Shown: piece after piece, positions 40,001 through 55,795 of the stretch | Numbering within the stretch: the first letter of the stretch is position 1 | How the letters are laid out: every line of letters starts with the position of its first letter | DNA from: Eledone cirrhosa | Lineage: Eukaryota | Direction: 5' to 3' | DNA length: 64,000 nt | Assembly: GCA_964016885.1 (NCBI GenBank) | Contig: OZ024741.1 | Span: 149,854,001-149,918,000, forward strand | Position numbers and translations under genes: made by a program | Notes under the pieces: model-generated | Told to the model about the DNA's origin: nothing | The model's database searches: none | Seen by the model: only the letters and a program-made list of their open reading frames with translations

Positions 40001-41299
40001 AAATCTAGTCGATATCTATCGGCCAGATCAAATCGGCCGATTAATCGTTTGAGGCTGTTACACCCCCCTCTATCGGGACATGCCCCTACATAGTCCCAAC
40101 GTGCATCCAGGATACCATTCCAGTCCCCCACTAAAAGCAAGGAGCGAGACGTTCCCAGGAAATTCTCCAGGCGTCGGAAGAAGTCCGGTCGCGGTGTCCC
40201 GGATGGGGCATACGCTGCCACCAGCCTGAAAGCTCCACCTTCACCACTGCCGACGTCTAAAACCACCAGTCGACCCTTCGGGTCCAGGTGTACCTCTGTG
40301 TGGCAAGACCCAGGTATTTTCGCAGCAGAACGACAACCCCACCCCCACCCCTCGGCTGACAGAGAGATGCGTAGATCTTAAAGTCGTCGAAGATGGGGGC
40401 CAGTTGGCACTCGCTGCTGATCCTGGACTCACAAATAACCATTACATCCACTCTGTGTGACTTGAGGTCATTTAAGAGTTTGCCCTGTTTCCAGGACATC
40501 CCCAGGCCGCGTGCATTCACACATCCAACTCTTATATTGGCCATGTTGGTGCTGAAGAGTTAAAAAGGAAGAGGAAAGGAAATTACTTACCTCTTCGTCT
40601 CCTGGGGACCAGGCTGCACAATTTCCATGGGGGTGTTGGAAGGGTTGTTTGGTGGGGTGGTGGTTTGTGGTGGGCTGAGGACATCAGTGTGTGGTGGCAT
40701 TAGGGTGTGGGTGTCTGGTGTGGGGGTGGGGAAACATCTCAATAGGACGCGGTTAAGTGGTTTGGTGCAGTTGGTCCCCACATGCATTGGATGGTTCTTT
40801 TTCAAAATTACATAGGTTTCCGTTGGGACCCTAATCATCATTAGGTGCGGTTTGTTCGCTGCGTAGGTGAAAGTGATCCCTTCGGTTTCCACCGAAGGGT
40901 TATTTTCTATCGCTTTCATCAACGTTTTATTGTTCTTGTTAATGTATGTATAGAGTTTTTGTTGTGTTGTGTTTGTTTTTGTTTGTTGTTCTTGTACGTG
41001 TTTGCGTTTTGTAGTATGTGTTATGTTTTGGGGAGGGGTGGGTTCTTTTATTTGTGATGTTTGTTCTGTTTGTGTTGGTGGTTGTGTGTTTGTGGCATTT
41101 TTGTTAATGTGGTGCCTTTTTTTTCCTTTTCACCTGTTGAAAGGGTTCTCCCTCGTCGTCACTGGGTGACGTTGATACGGAGTCCTCTTCCGTGTTGTTG
41201 GGGAGGGGTATATTTTGGGGTTTTGTTGTGGTTGCTTTTGTATTTGTTTTAGGTGGGGAAGGGTTGGGTGGAACAGTGTTTTGTGTTGTTATTTTTCCG

Positions 41300-41335
<36 letters not shown>

Positions 41336-42557
41336 AGTGGTGTTGTGTTCGGAGTTGGCAGAAGAGCCTTTTTTTTTTGACTCGTTAATTGAGGACAAGC
41401 AGCCCTCAGGTGACCCCTGCTTAAGCAGTGGTAACATGACGGCCGCCTTCCCTCCACTGAAATGTTTATATAAGTTAGCCCGTCCAGAGGCACGCGTTGT
41501 GGGATATTCGCTATTCGTTCTGGGCTCATTTGCACCAGAACTTCTACGCTGGTCCCACCAAATACACCTCCGGAGGACTTTCCTATTGAAATTATCTTGT
41601 CTTCGTCAAAGTCAATGATTCCACATAGTATCCACCAAATATTTACATTTGGTGTGATACTCATTATTTTTATTCTTTGTGTCCTTTTTTCCCTGTATGT
41701 GGGGAAAAAGGTGAAGCGGGGGGACACAATGGGTGATATCGAGTACTTTTGTGCTGTTGACTGGTTGTTCATTAGCACCGAAATGCTACCAAACAGTTTA
41801 CCTTTTTGTATGAAGGTTAAGTCCTTCATTGCATCTTTTAGAACCAGCTCAATTTCATTTTGTGATAATAGAGCTGGTTTTCTTGTTTCGTTCGATATTG
41901 TCCTGAAAACCACAGTTTTCAGGACAGCTTCTCTACGTAATTCCTGTGGAGAATTGATGCTAAAAGCACCGTTTTCGCCAAAAGTCACGAATTGTTTTGC
42001 GTCTTGTAATAGTTGTTTAGCATTTGTTATGTCTATTGGCGTGTATAGTTCGTTTTTTTTACAATCTGTGCGAATGTTGTTTTGGTGTTGTTGTCTTTAT
42101 TGTTGCTGTCACTGTTGGTAATATTGTTCATGTTTTCCTTGGTGTTGCTATTGTTGCAGTTGTTGGTTGTGGTGTTATTGTCATTGTTCTTGTTGTTGGT
42201 GCTGGTATTATTTACCGGGTTTGGTTTCGTGGTTTCAATATTTTCAACGTTTTTCGATAATGCGAGGGGGGAAGGCTGCAAGCTTTGTACTCCTACCTTC
42301 CCTCCACCACTTTTCTTAGTGGGCGTGGCACTCACGACAGTGTGCGAGGTGGAAATGGCATCCATTGCTGATACCAAGTCTACACAGTTTTGAGATGAAA
42401 ATGAAAATTTCGCCCCAGAAAGGGGCGAAAATTAGTTGACTCAACGTCTGAAGGCCCAGGCAAGGGGTTAAACTAAACAATGCTATTAAATTGAGCAATG
42501 AACTCACAGTTTTTTTGACAATAATCCGTAAAAGTCCGGAGCGAGGTAATTCACGTC
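37095..42557 (-). mobile_element. Near-full-length Tx1/L1-type LINE (copy C)
   Basis: ORF1 pieces 42033-42377, 41104-41988 (CYHCLSRGHLRAAC) and 40587-40922. ORF2 starts at 40544 (CVNARGL, GDWN, SDH, KAFDRV, RQGCPLS); YADD segment deleted. 3' end GTGGCAAATAAA. Confidence 0.93.
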
Positions 42558-43125
42558 TATATCAAGTGGTAATTGATATAGAGAGGGGGATTGAAGCGAG
42601 TTCCGTATAGTAGATATAGAGAGGGGGAGAGTTTGATGGTAATGAATAGAGTGCGAGGATTGATAGATATAGGTATTGATAGATATAGAGAAGGAGAGAG
42701 TTTGGTAGTGATGGATAGAGGGAGAGGGAATGAGAGAGAGAGAGTATTATGTGGAAGATATAGAGAGGAGGAGAGTTTGGTGCTAAATGATATAGAAAGG
42801 GGGAATCGAAGAGATTACCGTGTAGTAGATATAGAGAGGCGAGAATTTGATAGTTGTCGATATACAGGGAGGGATAATAGGAGAGTTCCGTATAGTAGAT
42901 ATAGAGAGGGTGAGAGTTTATATACAGAGGGTGGTTGGGAGAGATAAGTGTGGATATTTATAGAGAGTGGGAGAGTGTATTAGTCTTAGATATAGAGAGT
43001 GGGATAAGAGAGGCGTTGTTGTGGTAGATATAGAGAGGGGTAGAGTTTGGTTTTAGTAGATACAGGAGGGGGATTAAAATAGAGTTTTGTGTGATAGACA
43101 TAGAGAGGAGGAGAGTTTGGTGCCA

Positions 43126-43452
43126 CTCTCAGATCCCAAATAATAGGAGGGGTGGCAATGGTGGGGGCGGGGGGAGTAATTGTATAGTGTATGTTCGTAA
43201 ATTGGGATTTCTTGTAATGTTCTTCTTTTGTCATATATAATGTTTTTTTAATGTAAAATAAAATTGTTATTAGATTCTCCAACTGCTGTACCAATATGAA
43301 TCACTTGCAATAACATTTCGCCGGAGATAGATTAGCAAAATTTAATAAGCAGGTGGGGGTGGGGTGGAATAAAAACCAGAGGTGGTGGTGGAAAACATCT
43401 GACAAATTAATAAGCGGGGTGAGGGTGGAGACGATTATTCAAGACCTGAGAG
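43126..43452. mobile_element. Putative Tc1/mariner-type MITE
   Basis: Imperfect TIRs CTCTCAGATCCCAAATAAT and ATTATTCAAGACCTGAGAG, with TA on the right flank. Confidence 0.45.
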
Positions 43453-43663
43453 TACGCAAATTATTGACGGACGTAAGAATGAAAACTCAATGTCGAAGAA
43501 GAGTTTAAATATTCATTTATTATGGCTAAGCCTTGTTACTCTGGAATCTCACTTGCGTACTCACAAGACAAGACTGGTGATTCTGTGAGTGCGCGCGGAT
43601 GAAACTTTAGAGTAACAAAGCTCACCAATAGCCACGATAAATGAATGTGTGTGAGTAAATATA

Positions 43664-43759
<96 letters not shown>

Positions 43760-43861
43760 AATGAAGTAATTCCATCGGAAAAGTCCAGGAAAAAAGAGTG
43801 CTCTATATATGCAACAGAGCTTAATTATTATTATTATGTAATAAACAACATAAGGCAATTA

Positions 43862-43921
43862 TTCCATTTACCAGTGGTTTCTTAAAAGCAAAAGGTTTTG
43901 CTTTCAATCCTCAGAATGAAA
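43862..43921 (-). ncRNA. Type I hammerhead ribozyme
   Basis: Reverse complement of 43998-44057. Confidence 0.8.
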
Positions 43922-43997
43922 AATCCTGGTTTGTTTATTGAATATGGATTCTAAAAACCATATTTTAGAATCCATATTCAATAAACAAACCAGGATT

Positions 43998-44057
43998 TTT
44001 CATTCTGAGGATTGAAAGCAAAACCTTTTGCTTTTAAGAAACCACTGGTAAATGGAA
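43998..44057 (+). ncRNA. Type I hammerhead ribozyme
   Basis: UUUCAUU-CUGAGGA-UUGAAAGCAAA(ACCU)UUUGCUUUUAA-GAAA-CCACUGG-UA/AAUGGAA, with a GUA cleavage triplet. Confidence 0.8.
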
Positions 44058-44089
44058 TAATTGCCTTATGTTGTTTATTACATAATAAT

Positions 44090-45776
<1,687 letters not shown>

Positions 45777-46871
45777 TATATATAATAGTAAAAAAAACAA
45801 AAAACAAAAAAAACAGTAGGGATTTTCTCTCAGAATAACAGCAAAACATTTGTTTACAAAATAGGAGTTTCCGTATTTTTCGTATCTGTTTCAGCTTATG
45901 GACTTCTTCATGCGATGGAAATGTATAATGAAATGAAATTGTATATTAATAAGAATATGGGGAAAAATAACATGGTTTGCATACATATAGAGACAATTTC
46001 ACAGTTTTGTTTGTCGTTTTGTCTTTCTCTCTTGTTATTGACCATACCCGTGTCACTATTAGTAGTGGAAGTAGCAGGGAAGAATCAGTTCGTTCTATTT
46101 TAGGTGTTGGCCTCGACTGTAGTGGTAGTAGTGGTAGTAGTGGGAGAAGAAGAAGAAGAAGAAGAAGAAGAAGAAGAAGAAGAAGAAGAAGAAGAAGAAG
46201 AAGAAGAAGAAGAAGAAGAAGAGTGAGGGAGAGGGGATAGATGTAGTATCAGGGCTATGGCAAAGAAGGAAAGGGTGGGCGAAGCAGAAAGATTGGGTAG
46301 AATACTAGTTTCTTACCAAATGCGAAGAAGCTCGATATATTAATCCCTTAGAAAAGGGCACAGAGCATAATTTATTAAAAAAATTATATATATACAGTGG
46401 TGGTGGAACTAGGTGGGGGGCATGCCTCCCTCCAATAATTGTATTTTCTCCCCAAACTACCAAAACACACATCTATTTGGATATGCGTTACAATTTATGT
46501 ACATTTTATGTAAATCGCATATCGAAATTTCCTGATCATTTTAGAGTGCAAAGAGCTAAACTAATCCCTACAGCTAAGTTGTCCAAAAGTAAAATTGAGA
46601 TGGAGGGTTTGTGTTTCTGTTACGAGACAAACCACAACAGAAACACAAACCTTCTATCTCAATTTTACTTTTGAAAAGAATAAGAACTGTTAAACCGGTA
46701 AAGTAAGTAAATAAATATTCTTAAAAGACTCCAGTTGCATTTTCAATTTTTTTCTTTATATATATATATATGTATACACACATACACAGGCTTCAAGAAC
46801 ATCATCTTTTTTCTGTTTCCTTGTCGTTTTAATTTGGATTGCCTCGAGAACGTAACCTTATTATGTAAGGA

Positions 46872-46945
46872 GCTGTCTGATGAGATCATGGCACTGGTTA
46901 GGCGGAATCGCGTGGCTACTGTCGTCATTTGAAATATGTATCACA
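46872..46945 (+). ncRNA. Degenerate hammerhead ribozyme (third copy of the 34939 family)
   Basis: GCUGU-CUGAUGA...GAAA-UAUGUA-UC/ACA. Stem I is shortened by a local duplication. Confidence 0.55.
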
Positions 46946-47430
46946 AATATGTATCATTAAAGGACTTTAGCATCTGAAACTACTTCATGCGTTGTCGGAG
47001 GCTGTTTTTTGTCTGTCCTATGTAGTGCTCTTGACAACCTGAGCAGGTCAAAACATAGATTAGGTTTTCAGATGCACATGTAAAGTTGTATTTAACTGTG
47101 AAATGTTGTCATTGTTTAAAGTGGAATGTCGAACCTTCTATTAGATTTATGCATATACCACAGTTGGGCCTTCCGCATTTTTTTTTTACTGTAGGGTTCA
47201 TTGTGAGAGTTGGTTGGATTTTGGCTTGTGTGAGGATGCTTTTTATGGATTTAGCTTGTCTTTTGCTCTTTAGAATTTATTTACAGCAGATAGGCCAGTC
47301 AGTTTCATGTATACGAGCGATTAATGGACGACTTTGCCATATTCAAATAACAAATAGTTTATCGCTCTACATGGCTGAATACAGTAAATGTAATCTGAGT
47401 TTTTCGAACAACAACAATAACAACAACGAC

Positions 47431-47472
<42 letters not shown>

Positions 47473-47474
<2 letters not shown>

Positions 47475-50400
47475 TTTCATTTATTGGCCACAAGGGCCGA
47501 CATATAGGGGACAATACAAAAGACTGGGACAGTGGGGCTTTACAGAAAAATCGAGTAAACAATATGAATAACAATAACAAAGTAACAATAAAAATACAAC
47601 AAGAAAAATTCCCCAATAGGGTTCGCTCAGGTACCCCACTAATCCTGAACGACCCGACGCTTCGAGAGCACCCTGGAAGGGCACCACCAACAGCCGCATG
47701 ACCAGAGTAGGCCCACTCACACGGGCCATTCTCGCCACATTCACCCACCTTTCAGCAAATGTACTGGGGGGGGGGGGAAGCTCTTCTCTCTCCATCCTCA
47801 CCTTCCTTTCCAAGTGAAACTTGAAAAAGTTGATGAGGGATTGGCCGAAGAGAAAAGTGTCTGTCTTCAGTCCTTTCAACCTCGTCCACCATACAACCTC
47901 TTTCGCTACTGCCACCAGACAGAGGAAAATTGCCTGCCCTTCCTGGCCAAAAGAAGGCGGCGGGTCGATCTTCACTATGGACTCGGCCGATAGCCGGATC
48001 CGTTCTACACGCGACAACAGCTGTTCGACATAACTCCACAAGTCAGTAATACACGGACACTGGACGAGTGCATGCAGAACGGTTTCGTCGCTCTGCGCGC
48101 ATCTCGGGCAGGTCCGTCTGACAGCACTTCCGTGCCTGTAGAGTTTATCTCGAACCGGCAGTGCCCCACGGTAGCACTGCCAAGCGAGGGATTTTTGGAA
48201 ATTATCCATCGTCCTCGGCTCGAAAGTCCTCCGGAACAGACTGGTTAGTTCGACTTCGTCGACTCCCAGAGCCTCTCCGAGTGCGTCGTCGCACTTGCCC
48301 ACCACTAATCCCCTATAGAACTCGAGAGTGGAAGTTCCACTGACCGCATTGCCCGCCTGGTAGAGGGCAGTGAGTGCCTGGAAACATTCCAGATGCCGCA
48401 GCCTCAGCGCGTGTCTGCGCATCATTAGCCACGGCTATCCCAGCCCTCCACGTAGAGGGTGCTGGCAGCAGATGGACCGCCTCACCAGCGGAACCTGACC
48501 CCTCCACAAGAATTTCAAGAGCAGCCGCTCCAAGATGGCGAGGCGCGAACGGGGGAAAGGGACGACGGTCAGACAGTAGTAGATGACGGACTCGATGTAC
48601 GCGTTCGCCACCTCCGCCCGACCTTTCAGTGATAGCTTCCTCCCAGCCCATTTCTGGGTGAGACTGGCTACCCTGCCCGTCACCTCGTCCCAATTCTTAT
48701 CCACCTGGAGGTCTGGCCCGAACCAAACTCCGAGAAACTTTACCGGTCCATCCGTCCAGCGCCTAACGACGCTGTTGGACGGCATGGACTTGCCTCTCCA
48801 GGTGCCGAGTTGCAAGCCCACCGACTTTTCCGGGTTTTGCTCCCATCAACCTTTCATATTCCTTCAATAAGTTGCCGACCACCTCGATTTCTGAGGTGTC
48901 CGACACCATCACGGTGATGTCATCTGCATAAGCCGACAATGCTTTCGATTGATCTAAATTAATCAGAGCCCCACCGAAGCCAGGTTTACACCCTACCCTC
49001 TCTATGATGTATCGCATTAGGTGGAGGTTGTCGTGTATGGACCTGGTTGGGATTGCGCAAGTTTGCGCCTCCCGAACGAAATCCCCGACGACAAGCACCA
49101 ACCTCTTCGCTAACACCCTGGCCAAAATCTTAAACTCTGTGTTGATCAGAGTTATGGGCCTGAAATTGTCTAATGTGTCCCTCTTGTACTCGTCTTTCCT
49201 TATCAGCGTCATTACGCTCCGGCTCACAGAACTGGGAATACTCCCGTTTTGCTGCCAGTTGCAGTAGAGAGCTTCGAGGAGATTGGAGAACAAGTCTGGC
49301 ATATTTACGTAAAGCTCGTAGGGCAGACGATCCAAACCGGGTGACTTGGGTCTCACGCAGCCGACAAGGGCATCCTGAATCTCGGCTGAAGTAATTGGCC
49401 TTTCGCAGCGCCCGGCGTCAGCCGTCGAGAGTTGCGGCAAGCCATCGAGGTAGGGACTGAAGTCCGCCACCGTCTCTGACCCGCCACTTCCCTCGAACAA
49501 CCGAGCAAAATGTTGGCGAAAGACCTCACACATCCGCTTGGAATCGCTCAGCTCGTGTCCGTCTCGGTCCGTCAAAGACCGAATCGTGGTTTTATTACCA
49601 CGCTACGCCTCTGCCACGCGGGCCCATCGAACAGCTTTGGTTCCCTCGTTTCTCAGAGCACGCGCCTTAGCTCTGACAATGCAACCTTCGTGTTTCGCAT
49701 TGAAGAAATGGTCTAATGCCATTCTCGCCGCTAACACGTCAGTTGCAATGCCACTACCAATAGCCTCGTCTAACTTATCTACTAACTCCCCCTCCTTTCT
49801 ATTTTTCTCTAACGCTACTTCTTTGCTAAACTCTATCGACATTACTCTAATCTCTCTTTTGAGAGCCCCTCACCATCTATTGTTGACGACTCCCCCTGTC
49901 AACTTTTTCTTAACTAAATTGTTGACCTGGTCCCTGTAAGCCTTACGTGCCGGAAATGACATGTTTAGCTTCCAGTAACCAGGTTCTAACCTACGCGTCT
50001 TATCTAGGTCGACCATACAGATCACAAACTTGTGATCTGAATAGGCGACCGTTTTAAAACGTCGACAGCTTACACTATTTTTGTCTATTTTCCTAATGAA
50101 TATCCTGTCTATATACGATCTAGATGACCCTATGCGGTTAGTCCAGGTCCACACTGGCGCATTAGGGAAATCTAGTCGGTACCTGTCAGACAGTTGGAAC
50201 TGGCTGATCAGGTTCTTGAGGCTTTTGCACCCTCCGCTCCTATCGGATACTCCCACACAGTCCCAGCGTGCGTCTAAGATGCCGTTCCAGTTCTCCGCTA
50301 ACAGTAAAGGGCGAGACGTACCCAGAAAGTCTTCCAGGCGTCTAAAGAAGTCCGGCCATCCTGCCCCAGTAGGGGCATAGATGACCACCAGTCTAAAGGC

Positions 50401-52873
50401 ACCACCTTCGTTATTGTTCACGTCCAGGACCACCAACTTCTTGTCCGGGTCCCGGAAGATCGACCTTACCTCGAGATCCAGGCCTTTCCTAAACAGCACT
50501 GCCACCCCGCCTGCCATTCCCGGCCGGCTAATAGATGCAAATATCTGATAGTCGTCGAAAATGGGAGCTAGTGCGCGCGTATCGGAAATCCTGGTCTCGC
50601 TGACGGCAATTACATCCATTTCTAGAGACCTGAGGTCGTTGAGAAGGTGACCCTGCTTTTAGGACGATCCCAGGCCTCGAACATTTAAACTTCCTACTCT
50701 TAATACGGCCATGTTGGCAGGTTAAAAAGAGAGAGAGGAAAGGTTTACTTACCTTCCGGGCTCTTGTGAAGGTCGGGTGGTTCGACCTCCATAGTTGGTG
50801 GGGTTTCTTTTGGGAACCCCTTTAAAAGTCTTGAAGTGGGGTTTACGTTCGGGGTTCCCACGTCCTGAGGAAAGCTCTCTCGTATTTCTTTGTATAAATC
50901 GAGCGACATTTGCACCAGAAACAAATCTTCCGGCACGCGAAATGTGCTCGATTTAAAATTCCCCCCTCTTTTTGTATATTTTCACTTCGTGCTACGAGGG
51001 CCATCAGTTCCTTGTTGGCCCTCCTGACGAGACCGAAGTTTTGTATGTTTTGTTGGTGTGATTCTATTTGTTTGCGTGGCTGTGGTGGTGCTGTTTTGGT
51101 GGTGTTGTTTTGGTTGTGTCTGTGTTTGATGTGAGTGCGGTGTCTGTGGTTTCAGATGTTTGTGAGTGTATTTGTTCTTGCGTCTGTTTAGGTTGTTTGC
51201 GTTTAGGGGATTCTGGTGATGGTGATGGTGGTGTTGATGTTGGTATTATTGGAGAGATGTTTGCGTGGGTGGTGTCTGCATCTTTTATTGTGGGTGATTT
51301 TGTGCTTTGTTGAGTTTTCTTTTCCTTTTTGTGTTTCCTTTTTTGTATTTTGGGGGATTTTGGTTTTCCCTCATCTTCACTACTGGTAGATGAGGGGTCT
51401 CTGTCTGTAAGTGTGTGTGTGTTTATGGTTTTATTGGTGTGTGTATTTTTGGGGAGAGGGGGAATTTGACAACTTTCCTCGTTTCCCCTCTGAGTAGTCA
51501 ATGTTGGTGGTGGTCTTTCTATTGGTGTTGTTGTTGGTGGTTTTGCCGGTGCTGGTGTTGGTTGTGGTCCTCGCCCCGGCGTCGGCAGCAGTGGAGCCTT
51601 TTAAATCCTTGCATCTTTCAGTAGTTGAGGGCAGAAGGCTCGCAAATGGATTTTTTCCCCACAAACAAAACGATGCGGCCTTTTGCTCTCGGTCATAATA
51701 TGAATGACCGTCCCATTCTGAAGGCGGATGTGGTCCGGGATTGTCTTCACATTCTCGGGCCTGATCTGGAGAAGGATCGCCAGGTCAACCCCGGACCAGT
51801 CCTCTCTGGCCGTTCTGGTCACTTCTATTGGGACGGTATCCGTCCCCTCCACAATCACACATCCCAGAAGCCACCACATATCAAGTCCTGGTGGGATTCT
51901 GGGAAGGCGGAGACGGGCCGTTCTTTTTCCCATGTGGGAGGGGTACATTATGACCTTGCTGGTTTTGCAAGGAGTCATAGCGTGTTGCATAGCGAGGGCT
52001 TCTGACTTGAACAGCACCGAAATGGTGCCGTACTGTCTGCTCCTCGCTATGTATTCTGTGTCTTCTCTGATGCACCGCAGCGTTGTGGGATTAAAGCTGC
52101 CCTTTTGGTTTGTGCTGAGATGCATCTATAATGCACCGTTCTGCGCTCCACTGCCTCAATAGCTTCTACTGGGACAGTTAAGTTGGCCCAGGTTTGCTCT
52201 TGCTTGATGAGCTTCCATGCCTGGGCCAACTTTTCATCTTTGTTTGAGAGGTCCATGTTGAAGCATGGCCTCTTTTTTGCTGCTGCCGCAGTGAAAGTAT
52301 TCTTCTTGTTGTCGTTGGGGGTGTTGTTGTCGTTGTCGTTGTTCTTGTTGGTGTTGTTGATATCACTGTCGCTGTTATCATTGTTGTCTTTGGTGCCACC
52401 GTTGTTCTCGGTGCAGTTGGTATTGTTGCTGTTGGTGTTGTCGCTATTTGTTTTCATGTTAGTGGTGTTGATATTGTTGTTGTATTTGTCATTTTTTTTT
52501 TTGTTATCTGTATTTTCGTCGTCGCTGTTACTGTCATTTTTTTCAAAATTAGAGTTCTTATTGGTATCATTGGTGTCTTTGTTTACCTTGTTTGTGGTGG
52601 TGTTTGTGTTATCAATTTCTGTTAATTTCGCCGTAGCGCTCCTCTCAACTTCTACGTCGTTGTCGCACGACAGCAGACATATCGCTGGGGGGCGTGGCTC
52701 AGCCATGTTTTTTTTCTTTTTTCTCGATCATTTTTTAAAATGTAAAAAAGTTCAAATATTTGGGCCAAAAGGCCCAAATATTATTCTTTCCCCTTCACAG
52801 AGCAAAGTCCAAGGGCTTGTATGCCTTACACAACAACAAAAAATTCAATAAATCAGTTTTGACAGTCAGACTC
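47473..52873 (-). mobile_element. Near-full-length Tx1/L1-type LINE (copy D) within (ATT)n
   Basis: ORF1 pieces 52047-52706, 51601-52125 and 50745-50936. ORF2 ATG at 50712, with APE, RT (SAYADD) and CPRC..H..C. (AAT)n at 47431-47472 and 52874-52923. Confidence 0.93.
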
Positions 52874-52923
<50 letters not shown>

Positions 52924-52924
<1 letters not shown>

Positions 52925-53325
52925 GAACACAATAGGCCTGACCTGGCGGTTTTGGACAAGGAAAAAAGATCGTGCCTGATTGTAGATGTAGCCTACTCAT
53001 TTGACACGAAAAAGTGCAAAAAAAGGAGAGGGAGAAAATTAACCGATACCAGGATTTAAAGTGGGAGTTAAAAAGGATTTGGAACTGCCATGAAATCATG
53101 GTCGTCCCGATTGTCATAGGCGCACTAGGTTCTATCTCAAAGAGTTTCCAAGGATGGTTAAAGAAAATTAGCCCAACCCCGCTTTTTGGAACACTTCAAA
53201 AGGTATGCTTGCTGGGAACAGCAAGAACCCTCCGATACGTCCTGAATATCTGAGGCTGCAGGTAGCGGCTTGATATTCATTTCAACAAACCTTCCAGTTA
53301 AATAACTTCAATGACTGAGACTAAA
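52924..53325 (+). mobile_element. 5'-truncated R4/Dong-type RLE LINE in (TAA)n
   Basis: EHNRPDL..IVDVA..KEREKINRYQDLKWELKRIW..VVPIVIGALG..LQKVCLLGTAR. (AAT)n on both flanks. Confidence 0.85.
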
Positions 53326-53352
53326 AAAACAACAATAATAATAATAATAATA

Positions 53353-55795
53353 CTTTCTTTATTAACCACAAGGGTTCACACAAAGTAAAACATAAGGACA
53401 ATACAGGACAATACAGGACGCTACAAATGGGCATTTCTGCGTGTAAAAAACAAAAACAGACGATGTAACAAAAAAAAGAAACAATGAAAAATTCCCCAGT
53501 AGGGGAGAGACTTCCGAGGGACATTCGTGGAGAAATCCTATTAAAAAAGCCACGGTGACCCTGACCACCAGGGCAAGTGCCTTCTCCCAGTTTTCCACCT
53601 TCAATTTATAGGCGCATACTCAGAGTAGGCCCATTCACTCGGACCATGCTTCCCTCTCTCACCCATCTTTCATCAAAATACTGGGAAGAGAGTACTCCCC
53701 TCTCTACCATGATTTTCCTTTTCAAATGAAATTTGAAAAAGTTAATCAGGGCATCACCGAAGAGGTAAGTGCTCGTCTTCAGCCCTTTCAAACGCGTCAA
53801 CCACACTATCTCTTTCGCCATGACCACCAGACAGATAGAAACTGCCTACCCTTCCCGGCTAAAGGAAGAGGGCGAGGCAATCCTCACGATGGACTCAGCT
53901 GATAGCCGGATCCGTCCCACTCGCGACAGCAGGTGTTCGACATAAACCCACAAGTCAGCAATGCTCGGACGCTGGACGAGTGCATGCAGGACGGTTTCCT
54001 CGCCCTGCGCGCATCTCGGACATGCGGCTTACGGCACTTATGCCTATAGAGTTTATCCCGAACTGACAAAGCTTTTCTGTAGCACTGCCAGGCCAGGGAT
54101 TTCTGGAAGTTATCCATAGGGCCCGGCCCGAAAGTACTCCCGAACAGATTGGCTAGTTGATTTTCGTCGACGCCCAGAGTCTCCCCAAGTACGTCGTCGC
54201 TCTTCCCCTCCACTAATCCTCTATAGAACGCCGAGGTGGAGTTTCCGTCTGGAGGTCTGGACCGAACCAGACCCCTAGCAATTTAACCGGTCCGTCCGTC
54301 CAGCGCCCGACAACGCTGTTGGACGGCAGGGACCTGCCTCTCCAGGTGCCGAGCTGCAGGCCCACCGACTTTTCCTGGTTGATCATTGCTCCTGTCACCG
54401 CCTCGTATTCTCTTAGTGTAGTGCCGATCGCCTCGATGTGTTTGGTGTTCGACACCACTACGATGACATCGTCTACATATGCTGACACGGATCTTCCGCA
54501 TCCCAGTTCGCACGGGACCCCCTCAATGTCTCCAGTTTGTGGAGTAGTGGCTCGAGAGTCAATACTTACAACAGGGACGAGAGGAGACATCCTTGGCGGA
54601 CCGAGCGTATGATGTAGAACGGTTACGAAAGGTGACCGTTCACTCTCACCACAGAGCAGATGTCACTGTGCATGGCAGCGATCCAGCCTCTGAAGACGGG
54701 CCCAAAGCCAGCCGCCCTCAGGACTGCCGCCAGATAACCCTATCGAAAGCTTTCGACTGATCTAAATTGAGCAAAGACCCACCCGTTCCAGGTTCGCTAG
54801 CTACCCTCTCCACGATGTATTGCATGAGGTGGAGGTTGTCGTGGATGGATCTGTCTGGGATGGCGCATGTCTGCGCCTCCCCCACCAGACCACCAACGAC
54901 AAGCGCCAACCTTTTTGCTAGCACCTTGGCCAAAATCTTGAACTCTGTGTTTAGCAGAGTTATGGGCCTGAAATTATCTATGTTATCCCCTTTGTTCGGA
55001 TCCTTTCTAGGCAGCGCCACCGCTCCTCGGCTCCCTGCCAGTTGCAGTTGACGTCCGCCAAGAGGTCTCCGAACAAGTCTGGCATGTGCACGTAAAGTTC
55101 GTAGGGCAGACCATCCAAACCAGGCGATTTACCCCTTGTGCAGCCAATCATTGCCCCCCGTACTTCAGCGGTTGTTATCGGCTTTTCGCAATATTCCGCT
55201 TCAGTTGCCGAGAGCCGCGGCAGTCCGTCGAGGTAGGCACTAATGTCCATCCCGCGATCCGGCCCGCCGCTGCCCCCGAACAGCTGGGCGAAGTGTCGCT
55301 GAAAAGCTTCACACATTTTCCCGGGATCATGCGCCCGTCGTGGTCCACCAAAGACCGGATCGTGGCTTTGTTTCCACGACGCACCTCCGCCACTCGGGCC
55401 CATTGAACGGTTTTCGTCCCCTCGTGTCTGAGAGCATGCACCTAGCTCTGACAACGCAGCCTTCGTGCTTTGCATTGAAGAATTGGTCGAGGGCCAATTT
55501 CGCCGCAAGCGCCTCGTCTAATTTTCTAACTAGTTCTCCCTCTGTTCTATTTTTCTCTATTGCTAACGCCTTACTAAACCTAGTGGACTCTATTCTAATC
55601 GCTCTTTTCAGAGAAAACCACCATTTGTTGCCCGCTTAACTAGTTCGCTAATCCGGTCTCTGTAGGCCTTGTGCGCTGTTAATGACGCGTTTAGCTTCCA
55701 GTAGCCGGGTCCTTGTCTATGAAGCCTATCTAAGTCAACCACACAGATCACAAATTTGTGGTCCGTGTAGCTGACTATCTTGAATTGTGAAACAT
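53353..55795 (-). mobile_element. 5'-truncated Tx1/L1-type LINE (copy E)
   Basis: TDH/GYWKLN, KSPGLDG, NFRPITLLN, SAYVDD, LAWQCYR. 3' end CCCTTGTGGTTAATAAA followed by (ATT)n. Confidence 0.9.

Noticed and set aside
45860-45920. Minus-strand ATGAAGA..GAAA hammerhead-like remnant
   Set aside because: Core is mutated and there is no stem I or III.
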